A DNA stretch of 64,000 bases from an uncultured Streptococcus sp. (GTDB lineage: Bacteria; Bacillota; Bacilli; Lactobacillales; Streptococcaceae): the NCBI GenBank assembly GCA_943914425.1, contig CALUBZ010000002.1, positions 3,200 through 67,199 on the forward strand. Reading direction: 5' to 3'. Shown one piece after another: positions 22,514 to 38,621 of this stretch (the stretch's first letter is position 1; the number at the start of each line of letters is the position of its first letter). Both the position numbers and the translations under genes were made by a program. The notes under the pieces were generated by a model that was not told where the DNA came from, made no database searches, and saw only the letters and a program-made list of their open reading frames with translations.

Positions 22514-24556
22514 CTAATTCATTGGATGATGTTGATTATAGAGGTTGATAATATCGCGCGCAATGGAAGGTCCGACACCATTTGTAAGATTGGTGTTATG
22601 CGGAAAGACAACAGCTACAGCGATTTGAGGATTATCTGATGGTGCATAAGCGACTGCGTTAGTATTATTGGCTTTTTGACCGCCATTAACATAACTTTCG
22701 GCAGTACCCGTTTTTCCACTAATGGATACAGCTGCACCATTTGAAAAGGCACGACCAGTTGTCAAAGCACTACCACCATGTGAAACTTGATAAAATCCTT
22801 GTTGCAGAATAGACATATCTGACTCTGAGATATTGATCTTATTCATTTCTTTGCTAGTCGTCTCTTGAAGCAGATTGCCTAAGCCACCTTGCTCATTATT
22901 TCCATAAATTCCCTCAACAATGTGAGGTGCAATCCGAACACCATTGTTGGCAATGGTTCCAACATACTGGGCCAATTGCATAGGAGTATAGTTATCAAAC
23001 TGGCCAAAAGCATTATTAATATAATTAGCCAAATCAAATTCTTTTGGTGTAAATCCTGTCGATTCATCTGGAAGATCGATTCCAGTAGAAGTTCCAAGTC
23101 CATATTCTCCAAAGGTCGAACGTAATTTACCCATAGCAGCCTCTAATTGCCCTGTTGCAACCGTCATATTTGGTTGATAGGTCTGGCCCATAATTCCAAG
23201 AGCGGTTTGAACCATGTAAGTATTAGATGAATACTCCAAGGCTTCCACAGCTGTAATAGGAAAAGATCCATATGCCAATGTATACCAAGAATTAATTGGA
23301 GCTGAACCTTGGAAAACAATAGGCTGATCTGTTAAGGTTTGGTTTCCTGATAAAACACCATTTTCCCAACCTGAGCTGATGGTAGCGGCCTTAACTACTG
23401 ACCCTGGTACAAACACATTGGTAACTGTCCCTAAGGAATCTGAGCTCAATTTACCTGACTCAGTATCATGTTTGATCCCAGACATGGCAAGGACGGCCCC
23501 TGTTTTAGGATTAAGTGCTACTGCATACACTCCTTCAGAATATCTAGCTCCTCCGTTACCCAGCTCCGAATTAAAATAACTCTTAAGTAGATCATCAACC
23601 CCATTTTGGAAAGCTAGGTCAATCGTTAGTTTGATGTTGTTTCCTTTGCTTCCTTCCTCTACATTTTCAACACTTTCCATGTTGCCATGTTTATCAAGAT
23701 GTACTTCTTTAACAGAACGTTTTCCCTGTAGTACTTCTTCGTACTGCTTTTCAAGATACGAAGTCCCCACTCGGTCATTCAGAGAATAGCCTTTTTTCAA
23801 ATAAGCATCCACTTCCTCTGCTGGAAGACCTGATTTCTCACTTGATACACTACCTACAATTGAAGACAAAGAAGTGTCTAGGACTTTTCTATCCCATGAA
23901 GTAGAAATACTAATTCCTGGTAAGTCTTTGGATGCCGAAGCGACAAGAGCAACCTGTGTGTCATCTAAAGAATCCGTTGCAATTGTTCCTGTAGCAAAAT
24001 TTCCAACAGCATTTAGCTGACTAAATAAATAAATTTCTTTTTTCTGATCATCCGTATAGTTAAGCTGACTCACATCAACACTTTCCACCGCATTGTTGTA
24101 AAGAGTTGCTTCCGAAAGAAGATTTCCATCCGAATCCAAACGCTTATCACGTGGCAAAGCATCGACTATTTTTTTATAAATTTCTTGGTCAGCCAAGTAA
24201 TAATCAGCAATCTGACGGTCTGTAAGATTAGGAGAGCTGACATTCACATAAGTAAGAAGTTTTTTTGCAGTCTCTTTGAGTTCAGCTGCCGTCATCTTGT
24301 TAGTCCTTGTAAAAGACACAACTTGCTTGATGGTATTTTCAACAAGAGGTTTCCCCGTTGCATCGTAGATTTGTCCTCGAGCCGAACTAGTTGTCACTCT
24401 CGTTTGACTTGCTGATGCTAATTTCGTTTCATAAAAGTCTTTATTTAATACCTGCATATAAAGAAGACGACCAATAATCGTCATGAAAAGCAAGATAACT
24501 ATTCCAAATAGTAGATTAAGCCGAATCGGAATCGAATGACTATTAAATTTTCTCAT
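22514..24556 (-). CDS. pbp2b: Penicillin-binding protein 2b
   Basis: SVVK, SSN and KTG motifs; N-terminal TM; next to recR-ddl. Confidence 0.97.
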   Translation of the reverse strand: MRKFNSHSIPIRLNLLFGIVILLFMTIIGRLLYMQVLNKDFYETKLASASQTRVTTSSARGQIYDATGKPLVENTIKQVVSFTRTNKMTAAELKETAKKLLTYVNVSSPNLTDRQIADYYLADQEIYKKIVDALPRDKRLDSDGNLLSEATLYNNAVESVDVSQLNYTDDQKKEIYLFSQLNAVGNFATGTIATDSLDDTQVALVASASKDLPGISISTSWDRKVLDTSLSSIVGSVSSEKSGLPAEEVDAYLKKGYSLNDRVGTSYLEKQYEEVLQGKRSVKEVHLDKHGNMESVENVEEGSKGNNIKLTIDLAFQNGVDDLLKSYFNSELGNGGARYSEGVYAVALNPKTGAVLAMSGIKHDTESGKLSSDSLGTVTNVFVPGSVVKAATISSGWENGVLSGNQTLTDQPIVFQGSAPINSWYTLAYGSFPITAVEALEYSSNTYMVQTALGIMGQTYQPNMTVATGQLEAAMGKLRSTFGEYGLGTSTGIDLPDESTGFTPKEFDLANYINNAFGQFDNYTPMQLAQYVGTIANNGVRIAPHIVEGIYGNNEQGGLGNLLQETTSKEMNKINISESDMSILQQGFYQVSHGGSALTTGRAFSNGAAVSISGKTGTAESYVNGGQKANNTNAVAYAPSDNPQIAVAVVFPHNTNLTNGVGPSIARDIINLYNQHHPMN

Positions 24557-24810
24557 ACAACCATGTCTCATTTCTAGAAAAATTTCCATCTTCTATCCCA
24601 TTTTCACTAAAAAATATAAAACTTGAAAGAAGATTATTACTCTTCATTGTATCATATTTTAAGGAGAAACTCTTAGAAAAATCGATACCTTTTTTTGACT
24701 TTTAATTGAAAATGGCTTTTTATGTTTTTATCTATTCTTCTATGATATAATGATAATAATAGTTAGGGAATTGTCAACTTCTAAGCGGTTGACTCATGAA
24801 AAGGAGCCCC

Positions 24811-25662
24811 ATGAATAAGCCAGACATTGCATCCATTATAGATCTTCATTTTGAAGCATTAACAGATTTAGAGCAAGAAATCGCTCGTTATTTTTTGCAA
24901 GCTGAAACCATTCAAGATGACCTTTCCTCCCAACAGGTCACTCAAAAATTACATATCTCTCAAGCTGCTCTGACCCGCTTTTCTAAAAAGTGTGGTTTTA
25001 CAGGCTATAGAGAATTTATTTTCCAATACCAGCACCAAGCAAAGAAACAGGAGACTCATTCTCACAATCATAGTCCTTTAACCAACCGAGTTCTTCGAAG
25101 CTATAGTCACATGCGGGAACAAACACAGGACTTGATTGACGAAGAACAACTAGAACGAATCGCCCAGTTAATCGAAGATGCTGATCGTGTCTACTTCTTT
25201 GGAACAGGTAGTTCTGGACTTGTCGCTCGTGAAATGAAATTGCGCTTCATGCGTCTGGGTGTGGTCTGCGAGGCTTTAACCGACCAAGACGGTTTTGCCT
25301 GGACAACCAGCATTATGGATGAAAATTGTCTAGTACTTGGTTTCTCACTTTCTGGCTCAACTCCTTCTATTCTAGATAGTCTATTAGACGCGAAAGAGAT
25401 GGGCGCAAAAACTGTACTCTTTACAAGTGTTCCCAATAAAGATAGTCAGGCCTATACGGAGACTGTTCTTGTAGCCAGTCACAGCCAGCCTTCCTACATC
25501 CAACGAATATCCGCTCAACTTCCTATGCTCTTCTTTATCGATTTGATTTATGCCTACTTTTTGGAAATCAATCGTGAAAGCAAGGAGAAAATCTTTAATA
25601 GCTATTGGGAAAATAAAAAACTCAATGGCTATCGTAGACAAAAACGTGTAAGAAAATCCTAG
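24811..25662 (+). CDS. nanR: RpiR-family regulator of the nan locus
   Basis: RpiR HTH (SQAALTRF) plus SIS domain; extended -10 TGATATAAT near 24743; position beside nanK. Confidence 0.85.
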   Translation: MNKPDIASIIDLHFEALTDLEQEIARYFLQAETIQDDLSSQQVTQKLHISQAALTRFSKKCGFTGYREFIFQYQHQAKKQETHSHNHSPLTNRVLRSYSHMREQTQDLIDEEQLERIAQLIEDADRVYFFGTGSSGLVAREMKLRFMRLGVVCEALTDQDGFAWTTSIMDENCLVLGFSLSGSTPSILDSLLDAKEMGAKTVLFTSVPNKDSQAYTETVLVASHSQPSYIQRISAQLPMLFFIDLIYAYFLEINRESKEKIFNSYWENKKLNGYRRQKRVRKS

Positions 25663-25677
25663 TTTGGTCTAGCCAAA

Positions 25678-26562
25678 CTAGGATTGTTTTGTTTTAAAAT
25701 GATAGTAGGCGCCCAACATACCTGCTGTATTTTGATGATGGGCAAATTCTAATCGTGTTTTTTCAGCGAGGCTTGGCACCAAGGCTTCTTTCAAGGCTGT
25801 ACGGATTTTGGGTTTGAGGATAGCCTCTTGTCCCATGATACCGCCACCGAGAATGACTACTTCTGGATTGGCCACATAGCAAATATTTGCCAGACCTTTT
25901 CCTAGATAGTCTACCATACGGTCAATACCAGCCATACAAATCTTGTTTCCTTCAGTGGCTTCCTTAAAGATACGACGACCATTCCACTGGTCAACTGGAT
26001 CTCCATGACCTGCTGCTACATATTTCACTAAAGCTGTTGTAGAAGCCAAATCTTGGAACGATCCATCCTGCATATGCATATAACCAACTTCACAGGCTGA
26101 ATTGCTAAATCCATGGAAAACTTTCCCATCCATAATCAAGCAACCACCGATACCTGTTCCAATAGTCAAGCAAAGGGTCACACTTGCTCCCTTGCCTGAA
26201 CCAGATACCGCTTCAGCAAGACCTGCACAGTTGACGTCATTCTCAATTTCACAAGGAATCGCAAAGCTAGTCTCGATTTCCTTTTTGAACTGGGTGCCTG
26301 CATAGTTAGGGATTTGAGGCCCAGCATAGAAAATCTCACCCTTATCTGGATCCACCATTCCTGCAGAAGAAATGGCAACACCTGCTACTGGACCTTGTTC
26401 TAAATAGCTAGCTACGATATCTTTGGTCTTTTGTAAGATATGAGGACCACCCTTATGCGCCTCAGTTGGCATTTCATGCGATTCAACAAGTTGGCCTTCT
26501 TGGTCGATCAAACCATATTTGATATTGGTTCCACCGATATCAATTGCAACGTAGTGTGTCAT
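25678..26562 (-). CDS. nanK: ROK-family N-acetylmannosamine kinase
   Basis: DIGGT, ENDVNCA and GTGIG motifs; nan context. Confidence 0.85.
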   Translation of the reverse strand: MTHYVAIDIGGTNIKYGLIDQEGQLVESHEMPTEAHKGGPHILQKTKDIVASYLEQGPVAGVAISSAGMVDPDKGEIFYAGPQIPNYAGTQFKKEIETSFAIPCEIENDVNCAGLAEAVSGSGKGASVTLCLTIGTGIGGCLIMDGKVFHGFSNSACEVGYMHMQDGSFQDLASTTALVKYVAAGHGDPVDQWNGRRIFKEATEGNKICMAGIDRMVDYLGKGLANICYVANPEVVILGGGIMGQEAILKPKIRTALKEALVPSLAEKTRLEFAHHQNTAGMLGAYYHFKTKQS

Positions 26563-26579
26563 AAATACCTCCTTATGGA

Positions 26580-27497
26580 TTAGAGGAAGCGCTCCTTGGT
26601 TTCACGAATCAAGGCTGCAGCTGCTTCTACAACTGGACGATCTTCTTCAGTCACTGGTGTCAATGGTGAACGAACAGAACCAATGTTCAGTCCTTCATTG
26701 ATCTTCAAGACCTCTTTGATGACACCGTACATATTTCCATGTGCAGAAGTGAGTTTACCAATGATAGCGTTGATAGCATACTGCAATTCACGCGCTTTTT
26801 CCAAATCTTTGTCAGCAATCAACTGATTGAGTTTCAAGAAAAGTTCTGGCATGGCACCATATGTACCACCAATACCAGCTTTAGCTCCCATGAGACGACC
26901 ACCTAAGAACTGCTCATCTGGACCGTTAAAGACGATATGGTCTTCCCCACCAAGACTGACAAAGGTTTGGATATCTTGAACTGGCATAGAAGAGTTCTTC
27001 ACACCGATAACACGTGGGTTTTTCAACATTTCTGTGTAAAGGCTTGGAGTCAAAGCAACACCTGCTAATTGAGGAATATTGTAAATCACGTAATCTGTAT
27101 TTGGAGCTGCAGAACTGATATCGTTCCAGTACTTAGCAACTGAGTATTCTGGCAAGCGGAAATAAATCGGCGGAATCGTTGCAATGGCATCTACTCCTAA
27201 GCTTTCAGCATGGCGAGCAAGTTCCATACTATCTTTGGTATTGTTGCAAGCAACGTGAGCAATGATGGTCAGTTTATCTTTGGCAACTGCCATGACTTCT
27301 TCCAAAATCAACTTGCGGTCTTCAACGCTTTGGTAGATACATTCACCAGAAGAACCATTAACATAGAGGCCTTGAACACCTTTATCAATGAAATATTGAA
27401 CCAAGGCACGCGTACGCTCTGGACTTACTTCTCCTTGATCATCATAACATGCGTAAAAGGCTGGAATGACACCTTCGTATTTTTTTAAATCTGACAT
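26580..27497 (-). CDS. N-acetylneuraminate lyase (DapA family)
   Basis: GSSGE, YNIP and catalytic K in GVKNS; nan context. Confidence 0.92.
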   Translation of the reverse strand: MSDLKKYEGVIPAFYACYDDQGEVSPERTRALVQYFIDKGVQGLYVNGSSGECIYQSVEDRKLILEEVMAVAKDKLTIIAHVACNNTKDSMELARHAESLGVDAIATIPPIYFRLPEYSVAKYWNDISSAAPNTDYVIYNIPQLAGVALTPSLYTEMLKNPRVIGVKNSSMPVQDIQTFVSLGGEDHIVFNGPDEQFLGGRLMGAKAGIGGTYGAMPELFLKLNQLIADKDLEKARELQYAINAIIGKLTSAHGNMYGVIKEVLKINEGLNIGSVRSPLTPVTEEDRPVVEAAAALIRETKERFL

Positions 27498-27570
27498 AGA
27501 TTTTCTCCTAAGTTTTCTTTTTTTCTGCTAAGAGCAGGATTTATTCTTTACGTGTTTAGTATACACCTTG

Positions 27571-27585
27571 TGAAAAACGCTTTCA
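27571..27585 (-). promoter_or_regulatory. cre-like (CcpA) site upstream of the lyase gene
   Basis: TGAAAGCGTTTTTCA adjacent to -10 TATACT. Confidence 0.6.
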
Positions 27586-27640
27586 ATATCTTGTGTACAC
27601 TTAGATTTTAGTTTCGATATGTATTTTGAAATGTTTATGG

Positions 27641-27658
27641 CTTAAAAGTAGTTTCAGA
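27641..27658 (-). promoter_or_regulatory. Putative NanR operator
   Basis: TCTGAAACTACTTTTAAG, close to the pneumococcal TCTGAAASTACTTTCARA consensus. Confidence 0.65.
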
Positions 27659-27669
27659 AACAAGCCATC

Positions 27670-28314
27670 CTATTGATATTTTGCGAAAATTTTCTCCATC
27701 AATCCAGTCTGGATAAAGACTAAGAGTCCAAACCCAAAAAGCAGGAAGGCTGAGCCACCTAAAAGTAAACTGAAGGCGGACAGATAAAGAACTATCACAA
27801 TGAGAAAGATAATAACTAACATGAGGAAGAACCAAGGAAAGTTAAAACTTGCCAAGATAAGTCCTTTTTGTAACACTTCTTTCCAAGTCAAATCATAGCG
27901 CGCAGCGATGGGATAGCTAGCCAACATCACGATAGTGAGGAAGATAAGAACGCCTAGACAGATAGCTTTCACCATTTGGAAAGGCATAGCTGTCTGACCC
28001 CAGAAGAGATAGAGATCTAGAAGGCTTAATGAGACAATGCCCAACTCAAGCAGACCTAACTGAAGACCTAGTTTCAGATTTTCCTTGAAAGCTCTTAGAT
28101 AGATTTTAAAGACAGGTACACGTCTGCTCTTCTTAATCTCAAACATAGTCTCGTAGAGGCTAATTTTAGCTACTCCAATCGTCACGATGGGCAAACAAGT
28201 GACGACAAAAAGAAGATTAGCTGTCACGATATCCAGGACCTTCTCACTAAAACGCATGAGAAAGTTATCTGTATCAAATGCTGCCTTGATAAGGCTTACT
28301 CCTTTTTGTGCCAT
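27670..28314 (-). CDS. YesL/DUF624 membrane protein
   Basis: NLLF...LPIVTIG motif, multi-TM; start adjusted to MAQKG. Confidence 0.8.
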   Translation of the reverse strand: MAQKGVSLIKAAFDTDNFLMRFSEKVLDIVTANLLFVVTCLPIVTIGVAKISLYETMFEIKKSRRVPVFKIYLRAFKENLKLGLQLGLLELGIVSLSLLDLYLFWGQTAMPFQMVKAICLGVLIFLTIVMLASYPIAARYDLTWKEVLQKGLILASFNFPWFFLMLVIIFLIVIVLYLSAFSLLLGGSAFLLFGFGLLVFIQTGLMEKIFAKYQ

Positions 28315-28333
28315 GTTTGCTCCTCCTGATTTT

Positions 28334-28786
28334 TTAATCAATCAAAATTTTAAAGAGATATTTGCGAACCTTCTCTTCCATACCTGCATAGCCATTTGGC
28401 TGGTGAGGTTCTCCTGGGAAGAAAATCGCAAAATTGTGATAACCCAACAAGAGTGGGTAATGTTCATAACAATGAACAAAGCCAATGTCACTTGCTTCGT
28501 CGAATACTACTGCCTCGTCTTTGATACGTGAACCGTAGCTCGAATATTCATGTCCTTCTACCAGCAAATGCAAGTCTGCATAGTTCTTATGATGCTCAAA
28601 TTGATCATTTTCAGCTTGATTGAGGACATTTTCCTGAACAACTAGAAAGACCTTGTCCCCGTCAATCTCATACTTACCTAATTCAAATGAATCTTTACGA
28701 TGCTGGTAGAGATAGTCGATAGCCTTGTCTAGATTGGGATGAATTCCTTTGTAAAAGGTGATGTTTTTCAAATCGTCAAAAATCAT
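28334..28786 (-). CDS. YhcH/YjgK/YiaL-family protein (NanQ-like)
   Basis: FEHHKNYADLH and FFPGEPHQP motifs. Confidence 0.88.
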   Translation of the reverse strand: MIFDDLKNITFYKGIHPNLDKAIDYLYQHRKDSFELGKYEIDGDKVFLVVQENVLNQAENDQFEHHKNYADLHLLVEGHEYSSYGSRIKDEAVVFDEASDIGFVHCYEHYPLLLGYHNFAIFFPGEPHQPNGYAGMEEKVRKYLFKILID

Positions 28787-28906
28787 ACTCTTTCCTTCGT
28801 TTCTGATAGTTAACTAAAATCATTCTTAAGTTGATAAGTGTCTAACAAAATCTCTAAGGTAAGCAAATACCCAACATTTTGTAGACACTTATAACTCTGT
28901 ATTCTC

Positions 28907-29015
28907 TTATACTCGATGAAAATTGAAGAGCAAACTAGGAAGCTAACCGCAGGCAATACTTAAGTATGGCAAGGTGACGCTGACATAGTTTGAATTCGAT
29001 TTTCGCAGAGTATTA
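28907..29015 (-). repeat. BOX element (boxA+boxC, no boxB), diverged copy
   Basis: Minus strand TAATACTCTGCGAAAATCG...CTTCCTAGTTTGCTCTTCAATTTTCATCGAGTATAA. Confidence 0.9.
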
Positions 29016-29852
29016 TCCTTTGACCGCTCCCATAGTAATACCCTGAGTGAAGGATTTTTGGAAGACTAGGAAGACTGTTACGATTGGAACTGCTGCAAGA
29101 GCGGCACCTGCCATGATCAAACCATAGTTGGTTGCCATTTCAGCTTGCATAGTTGCAACCCCAAGTGAGATGGTCAAGTTTTGACGTGAAGTCAACATAA
29201 CCAACTGCATGAAGTAGTCGTTCCATGTATTGATGAAGGTAAAGATTGCAAGGGCTGCAAATCCTGGTTTCACAATCGGGAAGGCTACGCTCCAGAAAGT
29301 ACGAATCTCACCACAACCGTCGATTTTAGCTGATTCAAGCAATTCTGTAGGGATATTTTCACTGAATTGTTTCATAAGGAAGACCCCGAATGGCCATCCA
29401 ATCAAAGGCAAGATAACTGCCCAAAGAGTATCGTGAATTCCCATGAAGTTGACGATACGTACCAATGGTACAAGGACAACTTGTTTTGGAAGTGCCATGG
29501 CTGCAATGAAGATTGCAAAAAGAATACGTTGGCCATAGAAACGTTTTTTAGCTAGTACATAACCTGCTAGAGAAGAAGTCGCACAAACTAAGAACATGGT
29601 TACCAATGAGATAAACACAGAGTTCCACATCCACTGCATAGCAGGGTTTTGCACCATGAGTTGTTGGAAGTTTTCCATGGTTGGCATTTTAGGGAACCAT
29701 TGTGGTGGAATAACGATTGTATCAGGTTGTGACTTGAAGGCACCTGTCAAAATCCAGTAGAACGGAAAGATGAACAGCACGGTCAACAAGAGCAAGATAA
29801 TAGTTGAAATAACAGTGAAAGCTGTTAAAGGTTTCTTTTGTGTAGATTGCAT
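29013..29852 (-). CDS. satC: Sialic acid ABC transporter permease
   Basis: CUT1 permease, ESAKIDG loop; nan context. Confidence 0.85.
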   Translation of the reverse strand: MQSTQKKPLTAFTVISTIILLLLTVLFIFPFYWILTGAFKSQPDTIVIPPQWFPKMPTMENFQQLMVQNPAMQWMWNSVFISLVTMFLVCATSSLAGYVLAKKRFYGQRILFAIFIAAMALPKQVVLVPLVRIVNFMGIHDTLWAVILPLIGWPFGVFLMKQFSENIPTELLESAKIDGCGEIRTFWSVAFPIVKPGFAALAIFTFINTWNDYFMQLVMLTSRQNLTISLGVATMQAEMATNYGLIMAGAALAAVPIVTVFLVFQKSFTQGITMGAVKG

Positions 29853-29867
29853 AGCTGTCTCCTTTCT

Positions 29868-30764
29868 TTAATATTCTACGTCGTTTCCAAGTACTTTAAA
29901 TTGAACAAAGCTTACGATCGCTATCATCACTGCCAAGAAGACGCCGATAGTGTTTGCATAACCGTATTCTGTCAATTGGAAGGCTTTTTCGTAAAGGTAG
30001 TACATAAGTGTACTTGTTGAGTAGTTTGGACCACCAGATGTCAACAACTGAATCAAGGCGAAACACTGGAATGAGTTGATTGTTGTAATGATTGCGATGT
30101 AAAGTGTTGTTGGAAGGAGGCTAGGCCATTTAATCTTCCAGAAGACTTGCAATTCAGTCGCACCATCAACCCGAGCTGCTTCTACCAATGAATTGTCAAT
30201 ATTCCCCATAGCAGCGATATAAAGGATAATGGGCTGACCAACAGATGTAGTCAAAAGGATAATCATAATCGCCATCAAAGCCCAGTTTTTATCTCCCAAC
30301 CAAGAAATGTTCTGGCTGATGATGTGGCTTGACTTAAGGACAAAGTTTAAAATCCCTGACAGTGGGTCATAAATCCATTTCCAAACAACTGTTACGGCAA
30401 CACTACCTGTTACAACAGGAAGGAAGAAGACGAAACGGTAGAAGGATCTGGCAATGGCATTTTGATGATAAGTCTGAGATGCTACAAAGAGTGAGAATAG
30501 AACAACAACTGGTACAGATCCAATAACCAGAATCACGGTATTGATCAAAGACTTCATAAAGACAGGGTCTTTAAACATACGAACGTAGTTGTCCAAGCCC
30601 ACAAACTCAAATTTAGTCATTGAGTAGTTAAAGAAACTTGTAATGAATCCCATAATCATAGGAGCCAATACAAAGATGACAAAGAAGAATAATACTGGTG
30701 CTAGGAAAGCATAGGAAATCACTGTTTCCCGCATACGAATTTTATTGACTTTCACAGTCGGCAC
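29868..30764 (-). CDS. satB: Sialic acid ABC transporter permease (start uncertain)
   Basis: EAARVDGA motif. Confidence 0.85.
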   Translation of the reverse strand: MPTVKVNKIRMRETVISYAFLAPVLFFFVIFVLAPMIMGFITSFFNYSMTKFEFVGLDNYVRMFKDPVFMKSLINTVILVIGSVPVVVLFSLFVASQTYHQNAIARSFYRFVFFLPVVTGSVAVTVVWKWIYDPLSGILNFVLKSSHIISQNISWLGDKNWALMAIMIILLTTSVGQPIILYIAAMGNIDNSLVEAARVDGATELQVFWKIKWPSLLPTTLYIAIITTINSFQCFALIQLLTSGGPNYSTSTLMYYLYEKAFQLTEYGYANTIGVFLAVMIAIVSFVQFKVLGNDVEY

Positions 30765-30889
30765 CTCTCTTTCACAAATAAAATATTTTAGATTTTCTTA
30801 AACTGTTTTAAAATCAAAATGAAATTTTTTAAGATTCACTTATGTAAGAACTTCATTTTAATTTCGTGACAGTTCCTTACATTTCAAAC

Positions 30890-30937
30890 AAAATCCTCCC
30901 TTTTCTTACATAGACTATGCGCAGGGAAAAGGGAGGA
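30890..30937 (-). terminator. Intercistronic stem-loop after satA
   Basis: TCCTCCCTTTTC...GAAAAGGGAGGA with T tract on the minus strand. Confidence 0.7.
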
Positions 30938-30955
30938 GTCAATCTGATTTAGTGC

Positions 30956-32350
<1,395 letters not shown>

Positions 32351-32397
32351 TCATTTTATCCGACGCATCCACCACTCTCCTCTGTTTTGAGATTGTG

Positions 32398-33096
32398 TTA
32401 TTTGAGACCAGCAACAAAGCGTTCTGTGATCTCTTTTGGTCTAGTAATAGCGCCACCAACAACAATACCTCGCACTCCATATCCTAGGATTTGTTTGGCT
32501 TGTTCTGGTGTATGAATTTTTCCTTCTGCAATGACATCTACACCAGCATCACAGAGTTTTTTGATTAATTCAAAATCGGGACCATCCACCTTTGGACTAT
32601 AAGATGTGTATCCTGATAAGGTTGTTCCGACAAAGTCGATTCCTGCTTCAACAGCTGCCAATCCTTCCTCGAAAGTACTTGTATCAGCCATCAAGAGCTG
32701 GTTAGGATATTTTTCCTTAACCTGACGAATGAATTCTTGAATCTCCAAACCATCATAGCGTTCACGCTTGGTACAATCCAGAGCAATGACCTCTATATCA
32801 AGTTCTGCCAATTCATCAACTTCTTTCATAGTAGCAGTGATGAAGGGTTCTTGCGGTGGATAATCTCGTTTAATTATCCCAATGATTGGAAGGTTTGTAA
32901 CCTCCTTGATTTCCTTGATATCGCGAACACTATTTGCTCGGATACCGACTGCTCCACCTTGCTCAGCCGCTTTGACCAGCAAGGGAATGACTCCTCCCGC
33001 TTCTGTATAGAGCGGTTCGTGAGGAAGGGCCTGACAAGAAACGATGATTCCATCTTTGATTTGTGCAATCAAGGCTTCTTTAGTAATCTGTGGCAT
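32398..33096 (-). CDS. nanE: N-acetylmannosamine-6-phosphate 2-epimerase
   Basis: [29 protein letters not shown] motifs. Confidence 0.97.
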   Translation of the reverse strand: MPQITKEALIAQIKDGIIVSCQALPHEPLYTEAGGVIPLLVKAAEQGGAVGIRANSVRDIKEIKEVTNLPIIGIIKRDYPPQEPFITATMKEVDELAELDIEVIALDCTKRERYDGLEIQEFIRQVKEKYPNQLLMADTSTFEEGLAAVEAGIDFVGTTLSGYTSYSPKVDGPDFELIKKLCDAGVDVIAEGKIHTPEQAKQILGYGVRGIVVGGAITRPKEITERFVAGLK

Positions 33097-33145
33097 CCTC
33101 TTTCCTCCTTTTCTTTGTTCTTATGGGTTCATTATATATTATTTT

Positions 33146-33231
33146 TAAAGCGCTTTCAATACTTTGTAGTAGAATAGATTTCAGTTTCAAAAGTATTTTA
33201 TAGAACAGCTGTTTCTGAAAGTAGTTTCAGC
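33146..33231 (-). promoter_or_regulatory. nanE promoter region with cre and NanR operator
   Basis: TTGAAAGCGCTTTA at 33146-33159; GCTGAAACTACTTTCAGA at 33214-33231; -10 TATAAT just downstream of the cre. Confidence 0.7.
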
Positions 33232-33267
33232 TCGATCTTATTTTCAATTCACTTAGTACCTAAAATG

Positions 33268-33312
33268 ATAAAAAGAGATAGCCACCTTTCAAATGGGCCA
33301 TCTCTTTTATCA
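33268..33312 (-). terminator. Terminator after the sialidase gene
   Basis: AAAAGAGAT...ATCTCTTTT inverted repeat. Confidence 0.65.
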
Positions 33313-33350
33313 TTAACGATGAGCTAAATTCATTTTATTCAAGACCTAGT

Positions 33351-37187
<3,837 letters not shown>

Positions 37188-37411
37188 TTAAAACTCTTAC
37201 TCCCCATTATAGGAAAACACAAGAAAGCAATTAATAAACGAGAGTTGCTCTCCTTCTCTCTTTCAACATTTAGCTAGCTGCAATCCAAACAGTAGCTCTT
37301 TCACTCCTTTCCTAGACACTTTTTCTTTATTATACAATAAAGTCATAGGTTTATCTCGAGCTTGCCATAGAATAGATTTTACTTTCAGAAATATTTCAAT
37401 CTTTTAATATT

Positions 37412-37429
37412 TTTAAAAGTACTTTCAAC
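37412..37429. promoter_or_regulatory. Putative NanR operator upstream of nanA
   Basis: TTTAAAAGTACTTTCAAC. Confidence 0.5.
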
Positions 37430-37469
37430 ATTTATAACAAAAAAGAGAGCTACTGGGCTCTCTCATTCA

Positions 37470-38450
37470 TCACTTTATATACTTAAAAGAAATCTCACTA
37501 CCACATAGCCAATTGTAGACTTGATCATTGACAAGTACATTCATGGCTTCGTGGGCATACTCAGGCATGATGCGATAGGCTTTATCACAGGTCAAACGGT
37601 TGTAAATCGCAAACTGGGTAATAGGATAGCAAACATCATCGTCCAAGCCCGTAATCATCTTAACCTCACCCTTGATACGATGGGCAAGATTTTTCACATC
37701 GATATAAGCAAGGGTCGCCATAATCTCTTCCTCAGTTTCATGGAAGGGGTCGTGAAACTTGAAATAGCGAAAAAGTTCGTCGTAAGCCTCGCTAGTATTA
37801 CCAATCTCAAGCACTCGTCTAAAGTCTGACAAGAAAGGATAGATTGCAACAGTTTTCTTAATTCGAGGATTGAGAGCTGCTGCAACCAGAGCTAAAGCCC
37901 CTCCTTGCGAGGCACCATAGCTAGAAAGACGCTTCTCATCAACCTGAGGCAGACTAGCAATAATTTCAACCAACTGGTAAATATCCAGATAAACATCCTT
38001 ATAGAAGAGATGATCCCGACCTTCCACAGCCCCACGGATAATATGCCCCTTAACCGTATTTCCTAGAGGAGAACGCAAGCCGTCTTGTGAATAGCCCGAC
38101 TGGCCTCGAACGTCCATGGAAACAACACCGTAACCAGCTACGGTGAAGGCCAGCATGTCAGCCCAGTCCCAGCCACGTCCCATATAACCATGGAAATGGA
38201 AGATTAGAGGAACTTTTTCCTCACTCTTTGGAAGAACGACGCGCGCATAGACCTTACCTTCCTTGCTTCCTTCAAATGTTAACTCATAGCACTTGACTTG
38301 AGGAATGTGGAAATTTCTTTCCTCCAACTGATAAGCTGGAAGATTGGAAACTTTTTTCACTTCCCCATCCCAGAAAGCATCAAAGTCTTCTGGAACCTCA
38401 TCCCGTCCTCTATAAGTCTTGATTTCTTCTAACAAAGCTGGATTTTTCAT
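37470..38450 (-). CDS. axe1: Acetylxylan esterase / cephalosporin-C deacetylase family (CE7); candidate sialate O-acetylesterase
   Basis: FHGY, DVRGQ and GASQGG nucleophile elbow; nan context. Confidence 0.88.
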   Translation of the reverse strand: MKNPALLEEIKTYRGRDEVPEDFDAFWDGEVKKVSNLPAYQLEERNFHIPQVKCYELTFEGSKEGKVYARVVLPKSEEKVPLIFHFHGYMGRGWDWADMLAFTVAGYGVVSMDVRGQSGYSQDGLRSPLGNTVKGHIIRGAVEGRDHLFYKDVYLDIYQLVEIIASLPQVDEKRLSSYGASQGGALALVAAALNPRIKKTVAIYPFLSDFRRVLEIGNTSEAYDELFRYFKFHDPFHETEEEIMATLAYIDVKNLAHRIKGEVKMITGLDDDVCYPITQFAIYNRLTCDKAYRIMPEYAHEAMNVLVNDQVYNWLCGSEISFKYIK

Positions 38451-38466
38451 AACATACTCCTTTTTT

Positions 38467-38582
38467 TGTAATCGCTATCACCACTCTAGCATATCTAGAA
38501 AAGCAATGCAAGAAAGAAGGACAAATAGAAAGAGATTTTAGATTCTCTACTTTTAGGATGATGGGCTGAAAGTAGTTTTAGA
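38467..38582 (-). promoter_or_regulatory. axe1 upstream region: cre and NanR-like operator
   Basis: TGTAATCGCTATCA at 38467-38480 fits TGWAANCGNTNWCA; TCTAAAACTACTTTCAGC at 38565-38582. Confidence 0.65.
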
Positions 38583-38606
38583 AAAAAAAGAGCATTTCGC
38601 TCTTTC
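38581..38606 (-). terminator. Intrinsic terminator after the small ORF
   Basis: Minus strand AAGAGC-GAAAT-GCTCTT followed by a T run. Confidence 0.7.
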
Positions 38607-38621
38607 TTCCTTATATTTATA

